From the NCBI GenBank assembly GCA_964291405.2, contig OZ219926.1:3744001-3808000 (forward strand): a stretch of 64,000 nucleotides of DNA, in the 5' to 3' direction. Below the pieces are notes generated by a model. The model did no database searches. It was not told the DNA's origin and saw only the letters and a program-made list of their open reading frames with translations. The DNA is from Thermodesulfobacteriota bacterium (GTDB taxonomy: Bacteria > Desulfobacterota > Binatia > Bin18). The position numbers were made by a program, and so were the translations under genes. Of the stretch, positions 28,437 to 37,459 are shown piece by piece. Position 1 is the stretch's first letter. The number at the start of each line of letters is the position of its first letter.

Positions 28437-29408
28437 TTATCCGCCAAAATAGCTCTTGGGATTTTCGACCATCAAGGTGTGAATGGTTCCCTCGCCTACA
28501 CCGGCTTTAGCCAGGGTTGGAATGATGTTTTTCAGAATATGGGAGTAATTACTGTTCGGACAGGCTTCGACAAACTGCTCCCAGGCTTTGCTGGGCCGGC
28601 CCAGCAGACAATGGACGGCATCGTGCGAGAGCATAATCCGGTCATAGCCGACGGCCAGCAGGCCAATCAGCGAGGCCAGGCGCATTTTATCCGGAGCAAT
28701 GATGTCAATGCCGAAACGGTCAAACCCGATCCACGCACCTCGGTCTAAAACGTCAAAATAATAACGCATATCTCCCACACCACAGGCGTGGCCGATGAGC
28801 ACCCGATTGAAATCCACGCCTTCATCTTCAAACACGTCCAGGGTCTCGCGGCCAAACGGGCCCAACTCGTCATTGTGACACAGGATGGGAACACCTGTGG
28901 CCTTATGGGCGCGGGCCGCTGCGCGCAAACAGGTTTCTTCGTGCGTCCCGATCGTTTTGGCGGTCTCGGTCATGCCCGGAATCCCGCCGGTCGCGGTTTT
29001 GATGAGGCCGGCTTTGATGCCCGTTTTATCAATGCCGTCCGTAATCTCCCGCACATAGATTTCGGCGATATCGTCCGCGGGCAGACTCCGGAAGTGGGGC
29101 GGAATACCGAGCGCTTCGTTGTACAGACCCGTGGCGACCACGACGTTCAGGTCGGATTTGTCCGCGCATTCCGCGGCAAATTCCGGGTCGCGACCCAATT
29201 CCATCGGACAGGGGTCAACAAACGAGGTCACGCCGAGCTCTTTGATCTCTTTGAGCTTTTCAACGGCGCCGGCGATTTCCTTTTTGCGGTCAAAACTGGT
29301 GTTGTCCCATTCATAGCCAGGGAAACCGACGGTTAAATGCTCGTGGATCAGGGTGAATCCCAAATCGTCGGTGGAACGGTCGCCGAGTACTGTCTGGACA
29401 TTTGCCAT
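28437..29408 (-). CDS. Phosphotriesterase-related protein
   Basis: VQTVLG, TLIHEHL, GRDP, ATGLY, AAARAHKATG, FDRFG, LSHD, ENP. Confidence 0.9.
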   Translation of the reverse strand: MANVQTVLGDRSTDDLGFTLIHEHLTVGFPGYEWDNTSFDRKKEIAGAVEKLKEIKELGVTSFVDPCPMELGRDPEFAAECADKSDLNVVVATGLYNEALGIPPHFRSLPADDIAEIYVREITDGIDKTGIKAGLIKTATGGIPGMTETAKTIGTHEETCLRAAARAHKATGVPILCHNDELGPFGRETLDVFEDEGVDFNRVLIGHACGVGDMRYYFDVLDRGAWIGFDRFGIDIIAPDKMRLASLIGLLAVGYDRIMLSHDAVHCLLGRPSKAWEQFVEACPNSNYSHILKNIIPTLAKAGVGEGTIHTLMVENPKSYFGG

Positions 29409-29444
29409 GGGGGACTCTCCTTTCCTCTCTCCTTGCTTCCTGTC

Positions 29445-30338
29445 TTAATGAGGTGCCACGCCAGCCTGCTCGATACCGTACTCGACATCCAGCGAGGTCA
29501 CCCGTCGCAGTTCACGCCGGTATGTCGTGTCTGCGTATGACCGGGCTCGGTGCATGGTCGCCCGATTGTCGTAGATCACGAGGTCTCCGACTTGCCAGGG
29601 GTGACGATAGACACACTCCGGTCGGGTAGCATGCTCAATCAGTTCGAGCAGCAGCAGGCGTCCCTCGGGGGTCGGCCAGTCGATGATTTTGGAGGCGTGC
29701 GCCGCGATGTAGAGCGACTTGCGACCCGTGCGTGGCAGGGTGCGGATCAGGGGATGAATCGCGCCCTTGAGAATCTCCTGCTCCGTTTGGGAAAACTCGA
29801 AACCCAGGACGTGGCGCGAGTGAGCGATTGAGTGATGCACGCGCAGCCCTTCAAGCCGGGCTTTCATCTCGTCCGATAAGCGGTCATAGGCCGCTCGCAT
29901 ATCGGCATACTCCGTGTCCGCGCTGACGGGCGGGACGACCCTGGCAAAGAGCATGGAGTAGCGTCCGGGCGGGTCCTGGAAGGACGCATCCGTGTGCCAC
30001 AGCCGATTACCCAGGCCGTACATGCGCTTGCGGTCATCGGCCTGATAGACTTCACCGTCCGCGTTGAGGTTAGAGACATCGGCCAATGCCTCGTTGCCCA
30101 GCCGGCTCTTCTGGAGGGCGCTGATGCCGGTCTTGGTGTGTAACTGGCCGTCCAGGCGTTGGGCGAAGGCCAGGTGCTCCTCGTCCGTGAAACGCTGGTT
30201 ACGGAAGACGAGCAGGGCGTACTCGTCCATGCCGGCGCGAATCTCCAGCAGCGTTTCAGGGTCAGTCACCTGGCGGAGATCAATGGGGCTGACCTCGGCT
30301 GCGAAATGGGAATGGAGTTTGCGAAATGTCAGGGACAT
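29445..30338 (-). CDS. TauD/TfdA family dioxygenase (second paralogue)
   Basis: NRLWHTDASF, TEYADMRAAYD, YDNRATMHR. Confidence 0.92.
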   Translation of the reverse strand: MSLTFRKLHSHFAAEVSPIDLRQVTDPETLLEIRAGMDEYALLVFRNQRFTDEEHLAFAQRLDGQLHTKTGISALQKSRLGNEALADVSNLNADGEVYQADDRKRMYGLGNRLWHTDASFQDPPGRYSMLFARVVPPVSADTEYADMRAAYDRLSDEMKARLEGLRVHHSIAHSRHVLGFEFSQTEQEILKGAIHPLIRTLPRTGRKSLYIAAHASKIIDWPTPEGRLLLLELIEHATRPECVYRHPWQVGDLVIYDNRATMHRARSYADTTYRRELRRVTSLDVEYGIEQAGVAPH

Positions 30339-30499
30339 GGGAATCGGTCCTTTCTCGAAAGCTGCTATACCACATCCCCGCCTGTCTTGGCGAGGGAGCG
30401 CGGCCCTCAACCCTGGCCCAAGATTGACAGCCCAATAATGCGCGGCATATGGTGCGGGTTCGTCGCCAACGACGAGACTGCTGAATGAGGAGGTTTTCT

Positions 30500-31378
30500 A
30501 TGGATATCGGTAAAGTGGGTGTCTGGTTTTTTCTGGATGGAATGACGGCTCCTGAAAGTGCCCAGTTCGCCCGGACCGTTGAGAAATCTGGCTATAAAAC
30601 CTTGTGGATACCCGAGGCGGTCGGGCGTGAGCCGTTTGCCCATGCCGCTTATCTGCTGAGTAATACCGAGCAGTTGTCCATTGCAACCGGAATTGCCAAT
30701 ATCTGGGCGCGGGACGCCTATACCATGGCCACGGCAACCAACACGGTGGCCGAGCTGTCGGGCGGTCGCTTTGTGCTCGGCATTGGCGTCAGTCACAAGC
30801 CGATCGTGTCCAATCTGCGCGGGCACGACTACAACAAGCCGTACAGCTATATGAAGGAATATCTGCCGAAGCTGAAAGATGTCTTTTATCAAGCGCCCAA
30901 ACCCCAAGAGCCGGCTCCCATTGTGATCGCAGCCCTGCATCCCAAGATGCTGGCCCTCTCCGCCGAACAGGCCCAGGGCACGCATACCTATTTCGTGCCG
31001 CCGGAACATACGGCCAAGGTACGTGAGCAGATTGGTCCTGACGCCTGGATCTGCGCCGCCCAGGCAGTGATCCTTGAGAAGGATGCGACCAAGGCCCGTG
31101 CCGCCGCGCGGCAGTATATGAAGACCTATGTCCCCCGCCTGCCCAATTACACCAACAACCTGAAAAACCTGGGCTGGCAGGACGCGGACTTTGAAGACGG
31201 GTGCAGCGATGCCCTGGTGGATGCCATTGTTGCCTGGGGTAGCGAGGAGCAGATTCAGGATCGTATCGACGCTCATCTCAAAGCTGGGGCCACGCATGTC
31301 TGCTTTTTGCCGGTCAAGGTAGACGACGAATCCCTGCCCGATATGCGTGCAGTTGAGGCTTTCGCGCCTGGTGCGTAG
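30500..31378 (+). CDS. LLM-class F420-dependent oxidoreductase (MSMEG_4141-like)
   Basis: LWIPE, ATGIANIWARD, GRFVLGIGVSH, AALHPKML, LPNYTNN, SDALVDAIVAWG. Confidence 0.88.
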   Translation: MDIGKVGVWFFLDGMTAPESAQFARTVEKSGYKTLWIPEAVGREPFAHAAYLLSNTEQLSIATGIANIWARDAYTMATATNTVAELSGGRFVLGIGVSHKPIVSNLRGHDYNKPYSYMKEYLPKLKDVFYQAPKPQEPAPIVIAALHPKMLALSAEQAQGTHTYFVPPEHTAKVREQIGPDAWICAAQAVILEKDATKARAAARQYMKTYVPRLPNYTNNLKNLGWQDADFEDGCSDALVDAIVAWGSEEQIQDRIDAHLKAGATHVCFLPVKVDDESLPDMRAVEAFAPGA

Positions 31379-31399
31379 AGGACGATGAATTCACCCACG

Positions 31400-31425
31400 G
31401 CAGCGGCCACATCCCTGGCCGCTGC
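31400..31425. terminator. GC-rich hairpin between two LLM genes
   Basis: GCAGCGGCCA-N6-TGGCCGCTGC; no U-tract. Confidence 0.4.
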
Positions 31426-31439
31426 GTCATAAACTTGCG

Positions 31440-32453
31440 ATGCCCCGTTCAGTCAGCATTGCCTTTCAGACGGATAAGCCCGTTTCGGCTTATGGGCCGC
31501 TGGCGCAAATCGTTGAAGACTACGGCTTTGCCGGTGTGAGCGTCTACAATGACATGCTCTATCAGCCCGCCTGGCTGCCGTTGCTGGAAATCGCGCGACA
31601 CACGACCCACGTCCGTATCGGTCCCGCGGCGGTCAATCCGTTTACCTGTCACCCCATCAATATCGCCGGCGATATTGTGCTTCTTGATGAAGCCTCGCAC
31701 GGGCGGGCGTACTTGGGCTTGGTGCGCGGAGGCTGGCTGGATTTTGTCGGCCTGCACCCGCAGCGGCCCATCACCGCGCTCCGTGAGGCGTTTGGCTGCA
31801 TTCGACATCTGCTCAGCCAATCGACCGAACCCTATCGGGGAGAGGTGTTTTCCTTAGCGGGCGGTGCGGCCCTACGCTGGAAGATACACCGGCCAGCGCT
31901 ACCTTTCTTGTTGGGGACGTGGGGGCGACAGACGCTGGCGGCGTGTATTGAAGAGATCGCAGAGGTCAAACTCGGCGGGACAACGAACCCGACCGCAGTG
32001 TCTCATATGCGTGCTGCCATAGCCGAGAGCGCTATGCAGGCCCGAAGGCAGGCTGACGAAATTGGCCTCGTGGTTGGAGCGGTCACAGTGGTTGATACGG
32101 ACGGCAAAGCTGCTCGTGATCTGGCGCGGCGAGAAGCCGCGCTCTATCTACCGATTATCGCTACGCTGGACCACAGCCTGGCCATTGAGCCCGAGTTATT
32201 GGCGCGTCTCAAGGAGGCGACTGACGCCTACGATTTTGAGCGAGCCGGGAGCTATATCTCTGACGATTTACTCCAGCGGTTGGCTTTTGCCGGAACGCCA
32301 GACCAGGTAGCCAGTCAAGCTGCGGCGCTGTTCGAGGTAGGTGCCCGACGAGTCGAGTTCGGTACTCCCCACGGTCTCACAACCGCACAGGGCCTGCGCT
32401 TACTAGGCGAGCGGGTGCTGCCGGCGTTGCGGGCGTATATTGATGGGAGCTGA
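31440..32453 (+). CDS. LLM-class oxidoreductase (Mer-like)
   Basis: IGPAAVNPFTCHP, SHGRAYLGL, AFAGTP, RRVEFGTPHG. Confidence 0.87.
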   Translation: MPRSVSIAFQTDKPVSAYGPLAQIVEDYGFAGVSVYNDMLYQPAWLPLLEIARHTTHVRIGPAAVNPFTCHPINIAGDIVLLDEASHGRAYLGLVRGGWLDFVGLHPQRPITALREAFGCIRHLLSQSTEPYRGEVFSLAGGAALRWKIHRPALPFLLGTWGRQTLAACIEEIAEVKLGGTTNPTAVSHMRAAIAESAMQARRQADEIGLVVGAVTVVDTDGKAARDLARREAALYLPIIATLDHSLAIEPELLARLKEATDAYDFERAGSYISDDLLQRLAFAGTPDQVASQAAALFEVGARRVEFGTPHGLTTAQGLRLLGERVLPALRAYIDGS

Positions 32454-32463
32454 AAGGCTTAGC

Positions 32464-32545
32464 GACATTGTACCGTTCAAGATGTGGGAGGACAGACTTC
32501 CCCATTTTTCTTTCCTGATCAAAATTTTTCAAACCGAGACACTAC
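32464..32545. mobile_element. Short MITE-like remnant with an IS1-type terminal repeat
   Basis: AAAATTTTTCAAACCGAGACACTAC (32521-32545) is near-identical to the reverse complement of 63881-63903. Weak partner end GACATTGTACCG at 32464; no clear target duplication. Confidence 0.45.
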
Positions 32546-32637
32546 TGCTTCGGGAGTACGCTGGTCTCGAAGCCTGTGGGTTCTATAGGTGTCTCTTCGT
32601 TAGGTTAGGGAGGGGCTATACAAGGAGGAAGTGAATA

Positions 32638-34386
32638 ATGGCGGATCAGTCCACAGACACTCACCAGGATATTCGCTACGAGCCTGATGAACGCCCACCG
32701 CTCCCGCTCCTCCTCGGGCTTGGATTCCAGTATGCCGTGATTGCTATGGCGAGCATCATGGTGACTCCCGCCATGATGATCCAATTAGCGCAAGGTAGCG
32801 AGGCGTATCTGTCCTGGGCGGTCTTTTCGGCGCTGGTGATCGGCGGGATCACGACGCTCGTTCAAGTGATCCGGTTTGGGCGATTTGGCTCGGGCTATAT
32901 TCTGCTCATGGGCAGTACAACTGCCTTCCTTCCCGTCTGTGTCTCTGCACTGGAGCAGGGAGGGCCGGGTCTGTTGGCGAGTTTGATCATCATTTCCTCC
33001 TTCTTCCAGTTCATCATGGCCGGGAAGTTGTCGCTCCTACGGCAGATATTCACGCCCACAGTGGCCGGTACCGCGATGCTCCTGATTCCCATCATGATTG
33101 GGCCGCTTATTATGAAGAAGTTGGTGGACGTGCCAGAGTGGGCTTCTTCTGCGGCCGCACCGGCAACGGCGGCCGCAACCGTCATCGCGATGGTCGTTGT
33201 GGCGATTCGCGGTTCCGGAATGTTACGATTGTGGGCGCCCATCATCGGCTTAGGAGCCGGCAGTATCACGGGGGTCTTTTTCGGCATCTACGACACCGCC
33301 CGCATTCCTGAAGCCGACTGGATTGGGACGCCCTCCGTGGTATGGCCCGGATTCGATCTGAGCTTCGGTCCGCACTTCTGGGCACTGCTCCCGGCGTTCG
33401 TGATGATAACCTTTGTGGGGGCGCTCGATACGATTGGGGATACTATCGCAATGCAACGGGCCTCGTGGCGCAGACCACGGGCCGTGGACTTTCGCTCGAT
33501 TCAAGGCTCGCTCAATGCCGACGGTCTGGGCAACCTGCTCTCTGGGCTTGCTGGCACGGTGCCGAACACGACCTATGCGGCAAGTATTGCGATTGCCGAA
33601 ATCACCCGAGTGGCATCGCGGGCGGTTGGCGTGTGCGTGGGAGGGCTGTTCGTGGTGATTGCCTTCCTGCCCAAACTGATCGCGGTGGTCTTGGCCATCC
33701 CGAGTCCGGTCATGGCAGCGTACCTCATCGTAATCGTGTCCGTTCTCTTTGTGATGGGTATTCGAGTTCTTGTCCAGGACGGACTCGACTACCAAAAGGG
33801 GGTGATTGTCGGATTCTCGTTCTGGACCGGAATTGCCATGCAATTTGGCTGGATATTCCCTGATTATCTCCACGGAACGCTAGGGGAATTGTTAGAGAAC
33901 GGGGTAACGACCGGCTGCGGCATGGTGATCGTCCTGACCTTATTCCTTCGCCTGACGGGCTCACGACCGCAACGTTTCAAGACTACCGTCCATATAGAGG
34001 CACTTCCGAAACTAGACACTTTTTTGTCTGAATTTGCCACCCGCAAACGCTGTGGCCCGGAATGGGCAGCGCAACTCCGGGCGGTCGGAGAGGAAGCATT
34101 ACTGACGTTTATTCAACAGAAAGACGATGGAAAAGCAGGAGAAGAGCGCCAAATGCTCCTCATTGCACGAAAGAATGGCAGAGCAATTGATTTGGAGTTT
34201 ATTGTGTCTGCCAACAAGGCCAACTTAGAGGATCAAATGGCAGTCCTCAGTGAACAGGCCGCTGAGATACCCAATGAAGATGAGCTTTCCTTGCGCATGC
34301 TCCAACACCACGCTACGTCCGTACGCCATCAGCAATTCCACGACACCGACGTAGTCACGGTCCGTGTGGAGTCGGCTGTCTCTTGA
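32638..34386 (+). CDS. NCS2 xanthine/uracil permease family transporter with C-terminal soluble extension
   Basis: IRYEPDERPP, about 12 hydrophobic segments, ADGLGNLLSGLAGTVPNTTY, ITRVASR, FLPK; extra ~140-aa hydrophilic tail. Confidence 0.88.
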   Translation: MADQSTDTHQDIRYEPDERPPLPLLLGLGFQYAVIAMASIMVTPAMMIQLAQGSEAYLSWAVFSALVIGGITTLVQVIRFGRFGSGYILLMGSTTAFLPVCVSALEQGGPGLLASLIIISSFFQFIMAGKLSLLRQIFTPTVAGTAMLLIPIMIGPLIMKKLVDVPEWASSAAAPATAAATVIAMVVVAIRGSGMLRLWAPIIGLGAGSITGVFFGIYDTARIPEADWIGTPSVVWPGFDLSFGPHFWALLPAFVMITFVGALDTIGDTIAMQRASWRRPRAVDFRSIQGSLNADGLGNLLSGLAGTVPNTTYAASIAIAEITRVASRAVGVCVGGLFVVIAFLPKLIAVVLAIPSPVMAAYLIVIVSVLFVMGIRVLVQDGLDYQKGVIVGFSFWTGIAMQFGWIFPDYLHGTLGELLENGVTTGCGMVIVLTLFLRLTGSRPQRFKTTVHIEALPKLDTFLSEFATRKRCGPEWAAQLRAVGEEALLTFIQQKDDGKAGEERQMLLIARKNGRAIDLEFIVSANKANLEDQMAVLSEQAAEIPNEDELSLRMLQHHATSVRHQQFHDTDVVTVRVESAVS

Positions 34387-34411
34387 TGAGTGGACCGGGA
34401 GCTATATCTCT
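34387..34411 (+). repeat. Relic of an internal 3' segment of the 31440..32453 LLM gene
   Basis: TGAGTGGACCGGGAGCTATATCTCT vs TGAGCGAGCCGGGAGCTATATCTCT at 32237-32261 (22/25). Confidence 0.75.
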
Positions 34412-34447
34412 CTTGACGCACGACATTACGTTGAGTAAATGTCACGC

Positions 34448-34750
34448 ATGAAGACTATCGCCTCACGAATGTTAACCGCAGCGCCAGGCAAGGTGTGGGC
34501 AGAACTTGAACGGGAAGGGGCGCTGGTGGTCACCAAAGACGGGGTTCCCCGCAGCATCATGATTCCCACCAGTGACGCCACACTCTTTGAGGATATCGGC
34601 GAGATCGTGTTTGCCCGTGCCCGTCGGGCGGTGCGCGCGATGCGCACACAGGCTCACCAAAGTGGTGCGGAGGTTGTTACGTCTGCAGACGTAGAGCGAG
34701 AGATCAGAGCCGCACGGCGGGCGCGCAAGCAAAGAGCGCGGCGTGGCTGA
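34448..34750 (+). CDS. Phd/YefM-like antitoxin
   Basis: LVVTKDGVPRSIM Phd-like strand; overlaps the PIN gene; TTGACG upstream; alternative start 34439. Confidence 0.75.
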   Translation: MKTIASRMLTAAPGKVWAELEREGALVVTKDGVPRSIMIPTSDATLFEDIGEIVFARARRAVRAMRTQAHQSGAEVVTSADVEREIRAARRARKQRARRG

Positions 34751-35171
34751 GGCCCCTGTCTGGGTGCTGGACACCAACGTCCTCGTCTCAGGACTTCTCT
34801 CGCCTTTTGGACCACCGGGTCGACTCGTTGATGCGCTCCTGGCCCGTCGGTTGCGACTTGCGTTTGACGACCGCATTGAGTTGGAGTACCGGGAAGTCTT
34901 AGCACGCCCACGGTTTGGCATAGCACAAGCTTGGCAGGATGCCTTTTTCGCAATCCTGCAATTCCAGGAACATGTTACCGCGTTGCCATGGCCGCACCGA
35001 GCCCCGCCTGACGCGGATGACACGGTATTCCTGGAGGTTGCCAGCCAAATAAGCTCGCGAACGCTGGTGACCGGCAACCTGAAGCATTTCCCACCGAACT
35101 GCCGCGGTCCGGTGACTGTTCGATCACCACGTAGCGCCTGGGAGTATTTCCGGCGTCTGTCCTCCGTATAA
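34743..35171 (+). CDS. PIN-domain toxin (PIN_3-like)
   Basis: VLDTNVLVSGLL, EYREVL.RPRF, PDADDTVFLE, LVTGNLKHFP. Confidence 0.9.
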   Translation: MAEAPVWVLDTNVLVSGLLSPFGPPGRLVDALLARRLRLAFDDRIELEYREVLARPRFGIAQAWQDAFFAILQFQEHVTALPWPHRAPPDADDTVFLEVASQISSRTLVTGNLKHFPPNCRGPVTVRSPRSAWEYFRRLSSV

Positions 35172-35235
35172 CGAAGCAGCGCGACGGATCAGCCAGCGTG
35201 TTGAAACACCAGTTCCGGCACCACCACCCATTCCT

Positions 35236-35289
35236 CTATTGGGCGAGCGGGTGCTGCCGGCGCTACGCGGGTACGTTGATGAAGGCTGA
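35236..35289 (+). pseudogene. Diverged relic of the last 18 codons of the 31440..32453 LLM gene
   Basis: LLGERVLPALRGYVDEG* vs LLGERVLPALRAYIDGS* (32400-32453); about 42/54 nt identical. Confidence 0.88.
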
Positions 35290-35305
35290 GGGTCGCTTCT
35301 TCACA

Positions 35306-35941
35306 CTACCAAGTGCCAGAAAGGAGCCTTTCCACTAATCGGTAGAAATCTGTACTCGAATTTCGATCAGCAATATCGGACTTTTCCCTATGATCAATTT
35401 CGACAACCATTTTTGCGTTAGTTACCGCGACTTGAGTGTCTTTTGCTAACTTTTGATATAACCTAGTATCACTCTTGTTATAAGGCTGTCTGAAAGCTCT
35501 CCTCCATTCCTTATCCAACTCTATAATTACCGCATCGCAATCCCTGAATGACCGCGATGTTCTTCTGAAATGGGCCAAGAACCAAACTTCAAAAGCTGGA
35601 TTAGACAGATAGAGAGTGATATCGTTACGGGCCGCTTCTTGTCGAGCCGCTTCAAGGTCTTCTTTTACCTGAGTATTTTCCAGCGATTCGGTATCGAGCA
35701 CACAAAAGACGGCGTCCATTTCTTTGCGCTGCGCATCCTTCTTCTTGATTGCCCGTCTAATAATTTGGCTTCGTGATCCACCTTTTCCACCCTCTATGGT
35801 AATTGTGAATGCCTCACGGATAGTTTCCTCATGTTTAAGGCCGTCAAGGTAATATCTCTCGGTTTTTTCACCTTCACAGACGATCAAAATGGTCTTCTTA
35901 AGTTTTTTCTTTCGAGGCGTACGCTTTATTCTGTTCTGCAT
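35306..35941 (-). CDS. rloB: RloB family (TOPRIM-like) protein
   Basis: ILIVCEGEKTERYY, FCVLD, SNPAFEVWFLAHF, A..NA, NSST; low GC. Confidence 0.9.
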   Translation of the reverse strand: MQNRIKRTPRKKKLKKTILIVCEGEKTERYYLDGLKHEETIREAFTITIEGGKGGSRSQIIRRAIKKKDAQRKEMDAVFCVLDTESLENTQVKEDLEAARQEAARNDITLYLSNPAFEVWFLAHFRRTSRSFRDCDAVIIELDKEWRRAFRQPYNKSDTRLYQKLAKDTQVAVTNAKMVVEIDHREKSDIADRNSSTDFYRLVERLLSGTW

Positions 35942-35970
35942 CGTTTTGCATCGGACGCTGTTAATTCTGT

Positions 35971-37278
35971 TTAGAGATCTTCAAAGAAGGGACCAAAGCT
36001 CGGAACAGCTCCATATCTCCCTGCTAAATAATTCTTTTCGAAAGCCGTGTTTTTTCGTGGTCGAGAGTCTGCACCAAAATCGTATAAGGAAAACAACTCA
36101 GTAGCTCCATTTGCTCGTTTTTCTGTCAACCAAATTTGGTCCCTCCGCAATAGTGTCTGGTCCATGACAGAACTATCATGAGTGGCAAAAACCAGTTGTG
36201 CACCCTTCGTATTTTCTTCTGGACTTTGAAATAATTCGATAACTTTCCGTGTCAGTAGTGGGTGCATACTACAGTCGAGTTCATCAATCACAAGGAGGTC
36301 CCCATCTGACAACGCTGATAAAATGGGCTCTGCTAAGGCAAAGAAACGTTGGGTTCCCTGAGACTCATCTTCCTCAAGACTGAATGATATTGGAGCCTTC
36401 TCACCATTTATCAAATGTTCCATAGTAACCGAGAAATATGTAAACTTTTCGTTACCTGCCAGTTTCTGTAAATTTACGATTACCTCTTGCAGTTCTTTCG
36501 GAGCATCGTCGGGAATGCTTGGCAGCGGCTCTTCCCCTACCGATAGACTGTTTATTCCGAAGTCGGCCTCTCTCATGAATCGAACGACCCGGCTTCGGAA
36601 CTCCTCATCTTCACTTATTTTCTTCGCGGTAGACTGCCCAAGAACCCGTGGTGTCTCTGAAAGATCAAAAACCCAAAACGTTTTGCGAAACCAGAGATAT
36701 AGAGGTTTCACAGCCTCAATGTTCAGCTCCGCTGCTCGTGACAGTACAAGACCGTTGTCCCGTGTTTTCTCTTTAAGCAGACCTGCGTCCCTTTTAAGTG
36801 GTCCCCGAAAAGCCCATGATGTGGCTCCACTAGCCTTATCACGTGACCTTTGTAACCATTTTGAGATTCGTTTCCCTTGCGGCTGAACAAAGAGCCATTC
36901 ATCATGCACTTGTTCCTTTGTCACGGAAAATCCGTAGATAAAAATGTCGCCTTCTATGAGTAAGGTAATCTCGAATCGGGAGGGCTCCTGGGTGGTTGAG
37001 GTGTCTAGCCGGAACGGAGAAGCGCATTTAATCCTATCGCCCAGGTTCATCTCAGTGGCCGAAAATAGGACAAAGCGTTCCATCGCTTTCATTGCCTTCA
37101 CAAGGTTACTTTTTCCAGAAGCATTTGCCCCGTAGATTGATGCGACTTTGGACAATCGGAATTTCTCCCCGCAGTTAATGAGTGAATCGGGGTGAGCAGC
37201 GTCCTTGCCTGCTACGAGGGAGAGTGTTTGTTCCTCATGGAATGATCGATAATTCTGAACACTGAATTGAATTAGCAT
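35971..37278 (-). CDS. rloA: RloA / AAA_21 ABC-type ATPase
   Basis: VQNYRSF, YGANASGKSN, ESQGT signature, LLVIDELDCSMHP, ATHD, RRDQIW, YLAGRYGAVP; low GC. Confidence 0.9.
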   Translation of the reverse strand: MLIQFSVQNYRSFHEEQTLSLVAGKDAAHPDSLINCGEKFRLSKVASIYGANASGKSNLVKAMKAMERFVLFSATEMNLGDRIKCASPFRLDTSTTQEPSRFEITLLIEGDIFIYGFSVTKEQVHDEWLFVQPQGKRISKWLQRSRDKASGATSWAFRGPLKRDAGLLKEKTRDNGLVLSRAAELNIEAVKPLYLWFRKTFWVFDLSETPRVLGQSTAKKISEDEEFRSRVVRFMREADFGINSLSVGEEPLPSIPDDAPKELQEVIVNLQKLAGNEKFTYFSVTMEHLINGEKAPISFSLEEDESQGTQRFFALAEPILSALSDGDLLVIDELDCSMHPLLTRKVIELFQSPEENTKGAQLVFATHDSSVMDQTLLRRDQIWLTEKRANGATELFSLYDFGADSRPRKNTAFEKNYLAGRYGAVPSFGPFFEDL

Positions 37279-37459
37279 TTTAGGCCACTCCTTAATTTAT
37301 GCAGGATTAAGCGAACTGTACGATTTGCTATAATGGCAATTCCTACAGTTTTTCTGCACTAAATACTATACTATCGCATTTTAAAGCTAGTGAAAGGATA
37401 CTTAATGCAATATTATGGATAAGAAGTGTGCTTTGAAGTGCGGCTGGAGGGGGTTACCT

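Noticed and set aside
17536-30338. The two TauD/TfdA genes as a recent duplication
   Set aside because: The proteins share only family motifs and differ throughout; they are old paralogues.
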